Positions 15,877 through 23,725 of a stretch of DNA of 25,360 nt are shown one piece after another. Each line of letters begins with the position of its first letter. The first letter of the stretch is position 1. The stretch is from the IMG/VR virus record IMGVR_UViG_2529292905_000020, one strand, 5' to 3'. The translations under genes and the position numbers were made by a program. Source of the DNA: a virus. Taxonomy: Duplodnaviria; Heunggongvirae; Uroviricota; Caudoviricetes. The notes beneath the pieces are model-generated. The model did not search any database and was not told the origin of the DNA. It saw only the letters and a list, made by a program, of their open reading frames with translations.

Positions 15877-16406
15877 CTGGAAAAATGATAACGCGGGATA
15901 ATCCACCAATCCCGGGAAAGCAATCGCTGGCGAAGGTGACGTCAATTCCTCTGGTCAGTCCGGTTGAGTTTTCGACATCATCGTGGCGGCGGGCTGTTCT
16001 GTCTCTTGAAGAACATCATAAAGCCTGGTTGTTGTGGTGTTACAGCGGGAGTATTTGTTGGGAATATCAGATCGCGATAACACAGTGGGCGTGGAATGAA
16101 TTTAATACTCAATCCGGTACCAGAAAAATTGCTGGGAAAACGCAGGAACGCCTGAAAAAATTAATCTGGCTGGCGGCGCAGGCAGTAAAAGCAGAACTTT
16201 TTGGTGGGGAAGGTTATGAATATCAGGAGCTGGCATTACTGGCGGGAGTGACAACTAAAAACTGGTCCAAAACATTTACTCGTCACTGGGTTGCAATGAA
16301 ACACATTTTTCACCGACTGGATAGTGAGGCTTTATTATTTGTAATGAGAACACGTTCAAAACAAAAGGCGGCATTTTCAAAGCAAAGTGTTGCAAAAGTA
16401 GATTGA
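15873..16406 (+). CDS. Putative late-gene antiterminator (Q-like)
   Basis: 177-aa ORF between rusA and the late promoter/tRNA cluster. Assignment is mainly positional; the family is not confidently recognised. Confidence 0.5.
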   Translation: MTGKMITRDNPPIPGKQSLAKVTSIPLVSPVEFSTSSWRRAVLSLEEHHKAWLLWCYSGSICWEYQIAITQWAWNEFNTQSGTRKIAGKTQERLKKLIWLAAQAVKAELFGGEGYEYQELALLAGVTTKNWSKTFTRHWVAMKHIFHRLDSEALLFVMRTRSKQKAAFSKQSVAKVD

Positions 16407-16473
16407 AAGGCATATATTTCATGCAAATCTGATATTTTGCCGATTTTGTACGTGATGGCAAAAGCAAACAAAA

Positions 16474-16497
16474 CCCGCCCACAAGCGGGTTTTGTTG
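16474..16497 (+). terminator. Intrinsic terminator downstream of the Q-like gene
   Basis: CCCGC-CCACAA-GCGGG stem-loop followed by TTTTGTTGTG. Confidence 0.55.
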
Positions 16498-16563
16498 TGC
16501 CACTTATCTCGGATAGACATGGTGAATGCGCTGGTGGAGGAGATAAGGGTGATTTTTGTATGC

Positions 16564-16592
16564 TTGCAACATTGATTTCGTAACGTTATTAT
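16564..16592 (+). promoter_or_regulatory. Sigma70-type promoter (candidate late promoter pR') upstream of the tRNA cluster
   Basis: TTGCAA, 17-nt spacer, TATTAT; the -10 ends about 9 nt before the first tRNA. Confidence 0.5.
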
Positions 16593-16601
16593 CCTGCGCC
16601 C

Positions 16602-16677
16602 GGCCCTTTAGCTCAGTGGTGAGAGCGAGCGACTCATAATCGCCAGGTCGCTGGTTCAAATCCAGCAAGGGCCACCA
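16602..16677 (+). tRNA. ileZ: tRNA-Ile2 (anticodon CAU, lysidine type)
   Basis: 76-nt cloverleaf. Acceptor GGCCCTT/AAGGGCC, anticodon loop CUCAUAA, T-loop TTCAAAT, encoded CCA. Closely resembles E. coli ileX. Confidence 0.9.
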
Positions 16678-16680
16678 ACC

Positions 16681-16754
16681 GCCACCAGCCATCAGGAAAG
16701 AGCGTCAACCCTTTAAGTTGAGTGTGCGAGGTTCGAGTCCCCGGTGGTGGTCCA
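16681..16754 (+). tRNA. Atypical tRNA-like sequence (degenerate argN-like?)
   Basis: Acceptor and T-arm can be drawn (T-loop TTCGAGT). Anticodon stem TCAAC/GTTGA with loop CCTTTAA (C at position 33, anticodon UUU by position). No canonical D-stem. Identity uncertain. Confidence 0.35.
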
Positions 16755-16767
16755 TTATCGGTATTCT

Positions 16768-16841
16768 GCGTTGTTAGCTCAGCAGGACAGAGCAATTGCC
16801 TTCTAAGCAATCGGTCACTGGTTCGACTCCAGTACAACGCG
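16768..16841 (+). tRNA. argO: tRNA-Arg (anticodon UCU)
   Basis: 74-nt cloverleaf. Acceptor GCGTTGT/ACAACGC, D-stem GCTC/GAGC, anticodon stem ATTGC/GCAAT with loop CTTCTAA, T-arm ACTGG-TTCGACT-CCAGT. 3' CCA not encoded. The argO name is positional (third tRNA of the Stx-phage-type trio). Confidence 0.85.
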
Positions 16842-17013
16842 CTACACTTATTTTCCCGGCTCGCTTTTGCGGGCCTTTTTTGTATCTGCGCCACGCCCGG
16901 CGCATACCAACCACAGAGCCTTTCGGGGGGGAGCTTACGGAGTGGTCAGTGTGACTTTCTCTGTGGGCAGATCGCTCCCGGGCGTTGGCTCACCCACCCA
17001 AAGGAACGTCACG

Positions 17014-17446
17014 ATGTTTGGTATTTTTGGTAAAAAAAGCCCGCAGAGCGGCAACGGAAATTAAAAAGTTTGAAAAACGCGATCTGGCACAGGTGGTGAT
17101 TAACGCCGCATACCTGGTGGCCTATGCAGATGGTGAATGTGAGGCTTCCTAGAAAGCGAAGATCGAACAGGTACTGCGTAATCAGCCTGCGCTGTCCGCG
17201 TTTACGTCAGAAATTAATGCGATTAGCGCAACCATTATCGGTCAGCTGGATACGAACTTTAAAACTGGTCGTCGTGCGGCGTTACGTGAGATCGAGGATG
17301 TGAAACACGATACGCGTGAAGCGGAAGATGTGCTGGATGTGGCGGTGGCCATTGCGGAGGCAGACGGCGAAATTGAGCCGGAAGAGCGCAAGGTGCTGGA
17401 AGAGATTGCCGGTGTTCTGGGTCTTCGTCTGGAGAATTACCTGTGA
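17014..17446 (+). pseudogene. TerB-like domain gene, disrupted (frameshift plus in-frame amber)
   Basis: ATG 17014 with AAAGGAA upstream encodes MFGIFGKKSPQSGNGN then stop. The +1 frame continues IKKFEKRDLAQVVINAAYLVAYADGECEAS, TAG at 17150-17152, then KAKIEQVL...AIAEADGEIEPEERKVLEEIAGVLGL ending at 17446. The ADG-containing repeats suggest a TerB-like fold. Confidence 0.5.
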
Positions 17447-17610
17447 CGGTAAAACTGCGCCTGACTGTGGCTGCACTCCTGCTGTTTCTGGTGGTGATGG
17501 TGGATTTCACCAGCAGAATCATGTCGGTGCTGGCGGATGGGGGGCTGGTCTGCGGCATTATGGTATTGCTGTGGCCGGTGATAAAAAGAAACAGCCTGCA
17601 TAATGCTTGA
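17443..17610 (+). CDS. Small hydrophobic protein (55 aa)
   Basis: GTG start overlapping the TerB-like stop (GTGA). MTVKLRLTVAALLLFLVVMVDFTSRIMSVLADGGLVCGIMVLLWPVIKRNSLHNA has two hydrophobic segments. Below the ORF-track cutoff. Confidence 0.3.
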   Translation: MTVKLRLTVAALLLFLVVMVDFTSRIMSVLADGGLVCGIMVLLWPVIKRNSLHNA

Positions 17611-17811
17611 TTTTTTTGTTTGCTGTTTATTAAAAACACTTCTGCATGGTGAATCCCCCTGTGCGGTGGGGCAATCAGCAAGAAGGAATATGGGGTAATC
17701 GCGGATTCAGGTGCTGATACTGAATTCACCGGGAGGCACCCGGCACCATGCTTTGCCACAAAAGTGTTATTTCTGTTTTTCTCAAACTATCATCGTTATC
17801 CCTTTATTTTC

Positions 17812-17838
17812 GGCTGCGCATGGCGCGGCCTTTTTTTT
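17812..17838 (+). terminator. Intrinsic terminator upstream of the esterase gene
   Basis: GGCTGCGC-ATG-GCGCGGCC stem (one G-U pair) followed by T8. Confidence 0.55.
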
Positions 17839-17924
17839 ACGACCAGCCACTGGCAGATGGTCATCCTGTGATTTGATTCCGCTTCCGGCTTTTTAACTCT
17901 GTTCCTCTACACGGGAGAAATTCG

Positions 17925-19775
17925 ATGTCGATTAAACATTACGATGTTATCAGGGCGGCGTCGCCGTCAGACCTTGCGGAAAAGCTGACACACAAACTGA
18001 AAGAGGGCTGGCAGCCATACGGCGGACCGGTTGCCATTACGCCGTACACACTGATGCAGGCGGTGGCTATTGAAGGAGAGCCACAGGTCGGCCCTTCATC
18101 TGAGCCGGATTGGTACTACGTCATCGTACTGGCCGGGCAGTCCAATGCAATGGCTTACGGTGAAGGGCTTCCGCTGCCGGATTCATACGATGCTCCGGAT
18201 CCGCGCATTAAACAGCTGGCGCGCCGCAGTACAGTGACGCCGGGTGGGGCTGCCTGCAGATATAACGATATTATTCCGGCTGACCACTGTCTGCATGATG
18301 TGCAGGATATGAGTACGCTGAATCATCCGAGGGCTGACCTGAGCAAAGGGCAGTACGGCTGTGTCGGTCAGGGTTTACATATTGCCAAAAAACTGCTCCC
18401 GTATATCCCGAATAACGCGGGGATCCTGCTGGTACCATGCTGTCGTGGTGGTTCGGCATTTACCCAGGGCGCGGAGGGGACATTCAGCGAGTCCACGGGG
18501 GCCAGTCAGGATTCGGCACGCTGGGGGGTGGGCAAGCCGTTATATCAGGATCTGATTTCCCGCACAAAAGCGGCATTGCAGAAAAATCCCAAAAACGTTC
18601 TGCTGGCCGTCTGCTGGATGCAGGGTGAGTTTGACATGAGCGCCGCCACCCACGCACAGCAACCTGCGCTGTTTACAGCCATGCTGACACAGTTTCGTGC
18701 TGACCTCTCCGTGTTTAACGCGCAGTGCCATGGTGGCAGTGCTGCAGATGTGCCGTGGGTTTGTGGTGACACGACGTATTACTGGAAAAATACATACGCT
18801 ACCCAGTACGACACCGTGTACGGCGGGTATAAAAACAGGGAGAGTGAGGGCGTTTATTTTGTGCCCTTCATGACAGATGGTAACGGCGTCAATACCGCCA
18901 CTAACGCGCCGGCAGAAGATCCGGATATTCCGGCATCAGGATATTACGGTGCGGCATCGAGAACGAATGGAAACCAGGTATCATCAAACCGCCCGACACA
19001 TTTCAGTTCATGGGCGCGCAGGAGCATTATTCCGGATCGTCTGGCAACCGCTATTCTGAACGCAGCCGGGCGCACCTCAGCCTTCATCAGTGGTAAGGCA
19101 CCGGAAATCAAACCCTCGCCCGGCGGCAACACGCCATCGGGTCCGTCTGCAGATACGTCCGTTCGCACAATCTCCCTGCTGCCGGCAGCCGGAGAGGCTG
19201 CTGCGCAGGGCTGGAGCATTAAGGATGGCGGAATTCAGTTGTCAGATGGTGTATTTAAGATCACCAAGCAGAGCAATAAAACCTGGTCCCTGACGCATCC
19301 GGTGGATGACGCAATTACCCTGCTGACACAGGGCGGCAGACTGACCTGTAAGTTCCGCCTGTCAGGCGCACTGACCAACAATCAGTTCGGGCTGGGGATT
19401 TATCTGTATACGGATGCTCCCGTTCCTGATGGTGTGGCGATGACGGGTACCGGTAATCCGTTCCTGATGTCGTACTTCACTCAGACCACTGACGGCAGAG
19501 TGAATCTGATGCATCACAGGAAAGCCGGAAACACGAAGCTGGGGGAGTTCGGCGATTACGGTAACGACTGGCAGACGCTGGAGCTGGTGTTCACCGCCGG
19601 CAGTGCCACGGTTACTCCGAAACTGAATGGAGTGGCTGGCCCGGCATTCCAGGTTATAAAAGACAGTCTGACACTGGGACTGAATGCGCTGACGCTGACG
19701 GATGTTACAAAAAATGCAGCGTATGGCGTTGAGATAGAAAGTCTGATGCTGGAGATAAATGCACCGGCAGCATAA
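17925..19775 (+). CDS. nanS: NanS-p-like sialate O-acetylesterase (N-terminal DUF1737-like segment plus SGNH/SASA esterase domain)
   Basis: 616-aa ORF with GGGAGAAA upstream. VIVLAGQSNAMAYGEG matches the GQSN block of sialate O-acetylesterases. Sits where Stx prophages carry nanS-p next to stx. Confidence 0.8.
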   Translation: MSIKHYDVIRAASPSDLAEKLTHKLKEGWQPYGGPVAITPYTLMQAVAIEGEPQVGPSSEPDWYYVIVLAGQSNAMAYGEGLPLPDSYDAPDPRIKQLARRSTVTPGGAACRYNDIIPADHCLHDVQDMSTLNHPRADLSKGQYGCVGQGLHIAKKLLPYIPNNAGILLVPCCRGGSAFTQGAEGTFSESTGASQDSARWGVGKPLYQDLISRTKAALQKNPKNVLLAVCWMQGEFDMSAATHAQQPALFTAMLTQFRADLSVFNAQCHGGSAADVPWVCGDTTYYWKNTYATQYDTVYGGYKNRESEGVYFVPFMTDGNGVNTATNAPAEDPDIPASGYYGAASRTNGNQVSSNRPTHFSSWARRSIIPDRLATAILNAAGRTSAFISGKAPEIKPSPGGNTPSGPSADTSVRTISLLPAAGEAAAQGWSIKDGGIQLSDGVFKITKQSNKTWSLTHPVDDAITLLTQGGRLTCKFRLSGALTNNQFGLGIYLYTDAPVPDGVAMTGTGNPFLMSYFTQTTDGRVNLMHHRKAGNTKLGEFGDYGNDWQTLELVFTAGSATVTPKLNGVAGPAFQVIKDSLTLGLNALTLTDVTKNAAYGVEIESLMLEINAPAA

Positions 19776-19776
19776 T

Positions 19777-20072
19777 AAAAAAAGCCAGCGACTGACCTGA
19801 AAAAGAAGACGCTGGCTAAAAGGCCTTATATGTTTGTAGAGACTTATTTTTCACAGACAGCAATGATGCCTGTCAATATATTATCAATATGCGGATTGTT
19901 TCAGTTACAGATGCCTTATTAAGGAAAAAAACAGCCAGCACTGACTTTCGGTGGAGAGGTGCTGGCTCAAAAGGATAGATGTACTTCACATGTTGCTTCT
20001 ATATGGCAGTACATTTTCTGACAGACAGTGACGGATGTTGTCAAGATATTGTGTCATTTATAACCTGAATCA
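19777..20072. repeat. Two diverged copies of a ~130-bp element, each starting with an A-run and a GCCAGC...GCTGGC hairpin
   Basis: Copy 1 19777-19905 (hairpin 19784-19816); copy 2 19925-20072 (hairpin 19934-19966). Shared blocks AAAAGG, TTTTC(A/T)CAGACAG, TGTCAA(T/G)ATATT. Read on the minus strand each hairpin is followed by a U-run. Confidence 0.5.
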
Positions 20073-20141
20073 GGGGAGGCCGGAATGTTATCTGGCATTT
20101 TTAGCAGAGCCTGAATGCCATAATCACGGCTCCCGGCGTTG

Positions 20142-20178
20142 GCCGTCAGTGGGTGACACTGGCGGCTTTTTTGTTTTT
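20142..20178 (+). terminator. Strong intrinsic terminator 45 nt upstream of the holin gene
   Basis: GCCGTCAGTG-GGTGA-CACTGGCGGC (10-bp stem, one G-U) followed by TTTTTTGTTTTT. Confidence 0.6.
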
Positions 20179-20222
20179 CTTTACTTTCATTTTCTGTCGG
20201 CGGTGACGGAGACATACATCAG

Positions 20223-20429
20223 ATGGAAAAAATCACAACAGGTGTGTCATACACCACGTCAGCGGTGGGGACGGGATACTGGTTACTGCAGCTGCTGGAC
20301 AAAGTCTCTCCGTCCCAGTGGGTGGCAATAGGTGTGCTGGGAAGTCTGCTGTTTGGCCTGCTGACGTATCTGACAAATCTTTATTTCAAGATTAAAGAAG
20401 ATAAGCGTAAGGCTGCGAGAGGTGAATAA
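20223..20429 (+). CDS. Holin (phage 21 S-type pinholin)
   Basis: 68-aa [71 protein letters not shown] closely resembles remembered S21. Confidence 0.9.
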   Translation: MEKITTGVSYTTSAVGTGYWLLQLLDKVSPSQWVAIGVLGSLLFGLLTYLTNLYFKIKEDKRKAARGE

Positions 20430-20926
20430 TGTCGCCGTCATTACGCAAGGCTGTTGCAGCTGCTATTGGTGGTGGGGCTGTTGCCATAGCGTCTGTGCTC
20501 ATCACTGGTCCAGGTGGTAACGATGGTCTGGAAGGTGTCAGCTACATACCATACAAAGATATCGTTGGCGTATGGACTGTATGTCACGGACACACCGGAA
20601 AAGACATCATGCCCGGTAAAACGTATACCGAAGCAGAATGCAAAGCCCTCCTGAATAAAGACCTTGCCACGGTCGCCAGACAAATTAACCCGTACATCAA
20701 CGTCGATATACCGGAAACAACGCGCGGCGCTCTTTACTCGTTCGTTTACAACGTGGGCGCTGGCAATTTCAGAACATCGACGCTTCTTCGCAAAATAAAC
20801 CAGGGCGATATCAAAGGCGCATGTGATCAGCTACGGCGCTGGACATACGCTGGCGGTAAGCAATGGAAAGGGCTGATGACTCGCCGCGAGATTGAGCGTG
20901 AAGTCTGTTTGTGGGGGCAACAATGA
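20429..20926 (+). CDS. SAR endolysin (lysozyme, phage 21 R-type)
   Basis: 165-aa ORF. N-terminal Gly/Ala-rich signal-anchor segment ([20 protein letters not shown]) then a T4-lysozyme-like domain. TAATG overlap with the holin gene. Confidence 0.9.
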   Translation: MSPSLRKAVAAAIGGGAVAIASVLITGPGGNDGLEGVSYIPYKDIVGVWTVCHGHTGKDIMPGKTYTEAECKALLNKDLATVARQINPYINVDIPETTRGALYSFVYNVGAGNFRTSTLLRKINQGDIKGACDQLRRWTYAGGKQWKGLMTRREIEREVCLWGQQ

Positions 20927-21390
20927 GCAGGGTAACCGTTATTATCTCCGCTCTGGTTATCTGCATTATCGCCTGCCTGTCATGGGCTGTTAATCATTAC
21001 CGCGATAACGCCATTACCTACAAAGCGCAACGCGATAAAAAAGCCAGTGAGCTGAAGCTGGCGAACGTGACAATTACTGATATGCAGGTACGCCAGCGTG
21101 ATGTCGCTGCACTTGATGCCAGATACTCGAGGGAATTAGCCGATGCGAGAGCTGAAAATGAAACTCTGCGTGCTGATGTTGCCGCTGGTCGTAAGCGCCT
21201 GCGCATCAACGCCAACTGTCCAGGCTCCTTGCGTAAAGCCCCCATCACCTCCGGCGTGGGTAATGCAACCGGTCCCCGACTGGCAGAAGCCGCTGAACGG
21301 GATTATTTCATCCTCAGAGAACGGCTGATGGCAATGCAGAAGCAACTGGAAGGAGCACAGGAATATATCCGTACCCAGTGTATACCGTGA
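20923..21390 (+). CDS. Rz (inner-membrane spanin)
   Basis: Start at ATG 20923 overlapping the endolysin stop (ATGA). N-terminal TM segment, coiled-coil-like body. Contains an embedded +1-frame lipoprotein ORF. Confidence 0.85.
   Translation: MSRVTVIISALVICIIACLSWAVNHYRDNAITYKAQRDKKASELKLANVTITDMQVRQRDVAALDARYSRELADARAENETLRADVAAGRKRLRINANCPGSLRKAPITSGVGNATGPRLAEAAERDYFILRERLMAMQKQLEGAQEYIRTQCIP
21158..21328 (+). CDS. Rz1 (outer-membrane lipoprotein spanin), embedded in Rz
   Basis: [15 protein letters not shown]: lipobox VSAC followed by a Pro-rich mature region ([22 protein letters not shown]), entirely inside Rz in another frame. Confidence 0.7.
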   Translation: MKLCVLMLPLVVSACASTPTVQAPCVKPPSPPAWVMQPVPDWQKPLNGIISSSENG

Positions 21391-21854
21391 TGTTTTGTTA
21401 TGAAGATGTTACTGGTAACATTAAGGTAATTTAACAAAGAGTCAGTTCCGGACTTTATAGTGTGCTCAGTTCATGGCCAAAAACGATTTCTGTGATAAAT
21501 ATTTTGAATATTATTTACAGGTAAATGGAGTGGGGCGCATGGATAGAAATATTACAATAGAGTATGAAGTATATGCCCGTATTGTATGGGCAGAGAAGGC
21601 AAAAACACGGTAAATCCGTGTGTTGCCATGATACCTGATTGGCAGAATAGTTGTTTGGTTTTGAGTATATAGTCAGCGTTTTTTGTTCAGTAATTGCCCC
21701 CTCAAAAAATAATAAAATAAGGTGATTATTTTTGTTTATTATTTAGTTTTTTTGTGTGTTATTTTATTGTTTTTGCGTGGTTTGTTTTTTATTGTTATTT
21801 CATTAAGGGAAGGTAAATTCAGGATGGCAGTCTGTAGATAATCGGAGGTCACTT

Positions 21855-22169
21855 ATGCTACATGATCACGTGGCAGAATGTCTAGAGAAAAAAGGACTGT
21901 ACCGGAGAGCAGCTGAACGATGGGCAAAAGTGATGGTACAGCTAAGTGATGACCAGAAAAGAAAAGTGGCGGCACAGAAACGAGCAGAGTGTTTGCGTAA
22001 GGCGCGCCGGACTCCGGTTTCACCGGTGAACCTGACCGAAATAAAACAAGCGGTCAACAGACTACATTCTGAGTTGGGAATGGGATTTGAAGAGCGGCGG
22101 GTATTCCGACGATATAAAGGGACAGGAGAACAGAATACGTCCGGAAACGCGCGGTCAAAAAAATGCTAA
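21855..22169 (+). CDS. PerC-family transcriptional regulator (Pch-like)
   Basis: 104-aa ORF with GGAGG upstream. N-terminal VAECLEKKGLYRRAAERWAKVM resembles the conserved PerC/Pch N-terminus. AT-rich, preceded by a T-rich tract. Confidence 0.55.
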   Translation: MLHDHVAECLEKKGLYRRAAERWAKVMVQLSDDQKRKVAAQKRAECLRKARRTPVSPVNLTEIKQAVNRLHSELGMGFEERRVFRRYKGTGEQNTSGNARSKKC

Positions 22170-22250
22170 AAAATATCTGAGAGAGTTATTGCCTGTTACC
22201 ATAAGAAAAAGCGACTTTAGTGGTCGCTTTTTGTGTCATATATAAGTCGT

Positions 22251-22475
22251 TTAAGTAAACCTGTCTGAACAGGTGCTCTGGTCGTGTTTGTCTTTGTTGG
22301 GTACAAATTGAGAATATTTTTCATTAATTAATCTTCTTCTGCAGGCTTCAATAACCCACGCTGAAAAATTACCTGAACCTTTCTGGTCAAGAGCGATGTT
22401 AATTTGTTCAATCATCTGGTTTGGAAATCGGATGTTGCGGGTTGTTGTTCTGCGGGTCCGGTTTTTCGGTGACAT
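22251..22475 (-). CDS. Putative ribbon-helix-helix DNA-binding protein
   Basis: 74-aa ORF with GAGGAAAG upstream. RNIRFPNQMIEQINIALDQKGSGNFSAWVIEACRRRL fits a beta-strand then helix-helix RHH pattern. Confidence 0.45.
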   Translation of the reverse strand: MSPKNRTRRTTTRNIRFPNQMIEQINIALDQKGSGNFSAWVIEACRRRLINEKYSQFVPNKDKHDQSTCSDRFT

Positions 22476-22516
22476 TTTCTTTCCTCTGGTAACAAGCTAT
22501 ATGGCGAGGATTTTAC

Positions 22517-22978
22517 ATGGCCGTGCTTCGTACGTTACCGGGCAGAATCAAAACTCTGAATACCCGGCGGGTGAATGTCCTGAAGGGTGAACAGCGTCGG
22601 GTCAGTGGCAGTGCCCGGGTTTCCCTCAAGCGTCGTATCTGGCTGAGGGATGCCGGACAGTGCTGTCTCTGTGGGCGTGTGGTTGACCTTTGTGACAGTG
22701 AACTCGATCACCGCATTGCACTTCAGTTCGGTGGTGGTAATGAGGAGACGAATCTCTGGACGCTCTGTACCGAATGCCATCGCCAGAAGTCAGTCAGTGA
22801 AACGGCGAGTGGTATGCCGGACCCGACGCTGCCGGAGGTCATGGCAGGGCAGACGATATCATCGGACTGTGACCCGCCCCGGGGGGGGATCATCCGGCGA
22901 AAAAAACGATCGTCCCGGACACCGCCCCCCGTCTCACGCAGAGAAAAAATTCCCGTTTCAGGGCTGTTAACATGTTAA
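22517..22978 (+). CDS. HNH endonuclease (terminase-associated)
   Basis: 153-aa ORF with GAGGA upstream. Motif CCLCGR...DHRIALQFGG...NLWTLCTECHRQK. Directly upstream of the terminase genes. The 3' end runs through homopolymer tracts, so its exact end is uncertain. Confidence 0.8.
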   Translation: MAVLRTLPGRIKTLNTRRVNVLKGEQRRVSGSARVSLKRRIWLRDAGQCCLCGRVVDLCDSELDHRIALQFGGGNEETNLWTLCTECHRQKSVSETASGMPDPTLPEVMAGQTISSDCDPPRGGIIRRKKRSSRTPPPVSRREKIPVSGLLTC

Positions 22979-23089
22979 CTGGCTGTCCGGGCATTTTTGC
23001 GGTTTTTATCTTTATTATTCAGTTTGTTGCGTGGAAAAAATGTTAACAGGCTTTTTCAGCAAATGTTAACCAGGCAGCAGTTAACATTT
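22965..23089. repeat. Cluster of five GTTAAC-containing motifs (candidate terminase-binding / cos-proximal sites)
   Basis: GTTAAC at 22966, 22974, 23042, 23065, 23080. Includes the palindrome GTTAACATGTTAAC (22966-22979) and inverted pair AAATGTTAAC / GTTAACATTT (23061-23070 / 23080-23089). Confidence 0.45.
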
Positions 23090-23161
23090 GCGGCATGAGA
23101 CGCCGGGAAAAATGGGCTGAACCATACCCGGCTGAGTGCGTTATGGACCCGGGAGGAGGCT

Positions 23162-23725
23162 GTGCTGACAACGCAAAAACGAAAATTTGCGCTGGCGCTC
23201 ATGTCCGGGAAAAACAAAACAGCGTCAGCCCTTGCCGCCGGTTATTCGGCGAAGACCGCCAGGGTTAAAGGCTCGCAGCTGGCAAAAGATCCGGAGGTGC
23301 TTGCGTTTATAGCCCGTAAACAGTGCGAAACGGTGGAGGTGGATGAGGTTCCTGTTTACCGGCAGAAAAAATCAGAGCAGGAGGATAAACCCCGTCGCCG
23401 TGAGGTGGCTGCAATACCACAGCCGGACGAAAAAAATCCGGAGATGCCTCCGCCCGCGGTGATATCTCATGGTATTGAATATATGGAGGATGGTCTTCCC
23501 GATCCGGTGAAAGCTATGGGGCAGATCCTGGTGGAAAACCTGATAATTGACCCGAAACTGGCACTGGATGCGGCCTGGCGACTGGCGCAGTTCACACACC
23601 ATAAAAAAGGCGATGCCGGTAAAAAATCGGCAAAAGGTGATGCCGCGAAAAAAGCGGCTAACCGTTTTTCGGTGCCACCATCTCCCCGACTGGTGGTGAA
23701 TAACCAGAATGAGGAAAGCGGATGA
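23162..23725 (+). CDS. Terminase small subunit
   Basis: 187-aa ORF, GTG start with GGAGGAGG upstream. N-terminal KRKFALALMSGKNKTASALAAGYSAKTARVKGSQLAKDPEV resembles small-terminase DNA-binding domains. ATGA overlap with the large subunit. Confidence 0.8.
   Translation: MLTTQKRKFALALMSGKNKTASALAAGYSAKTARVKGSQLAKDPEVLAFIARKQCETVEVDEVPVYRQKKSEQEDKPRRREVAAIPQPDEKNPEMPPPAVISHGIEYMEDGLPDPVKAMGQILVENLIIDPKLALDAAWRLAQFTHHKKGDAGKKSAKGDAAKKAANRFSVPPSPRLVVNNQNEESG

Noticed and set aside
16276-16894. Three minus-strand ORFs (62-86 aa)
   Set aside because: They overlap the promoter and the three tRNA genes antisense; tRNA structures explain the sequence.
17259-17759. 166-aa minus-strand ORF and 95-aa plus-strand ORF (17316-17603)
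   Set aside because: Overlap the TerB-like gene remnant and the small hydrophobic ORF in other frames; no RBS and no recognisable composition.
16842-17924. Shiga toxin genes (stxA/stxB) at the usual position downstream of the tRNA cluster
   Set aside because: No ORF of the right size or character (about 319 aa with signal peptide, then about 89 aa). The interval holds only a disrupted TerB-like gene and a small hydrophobic ORF.
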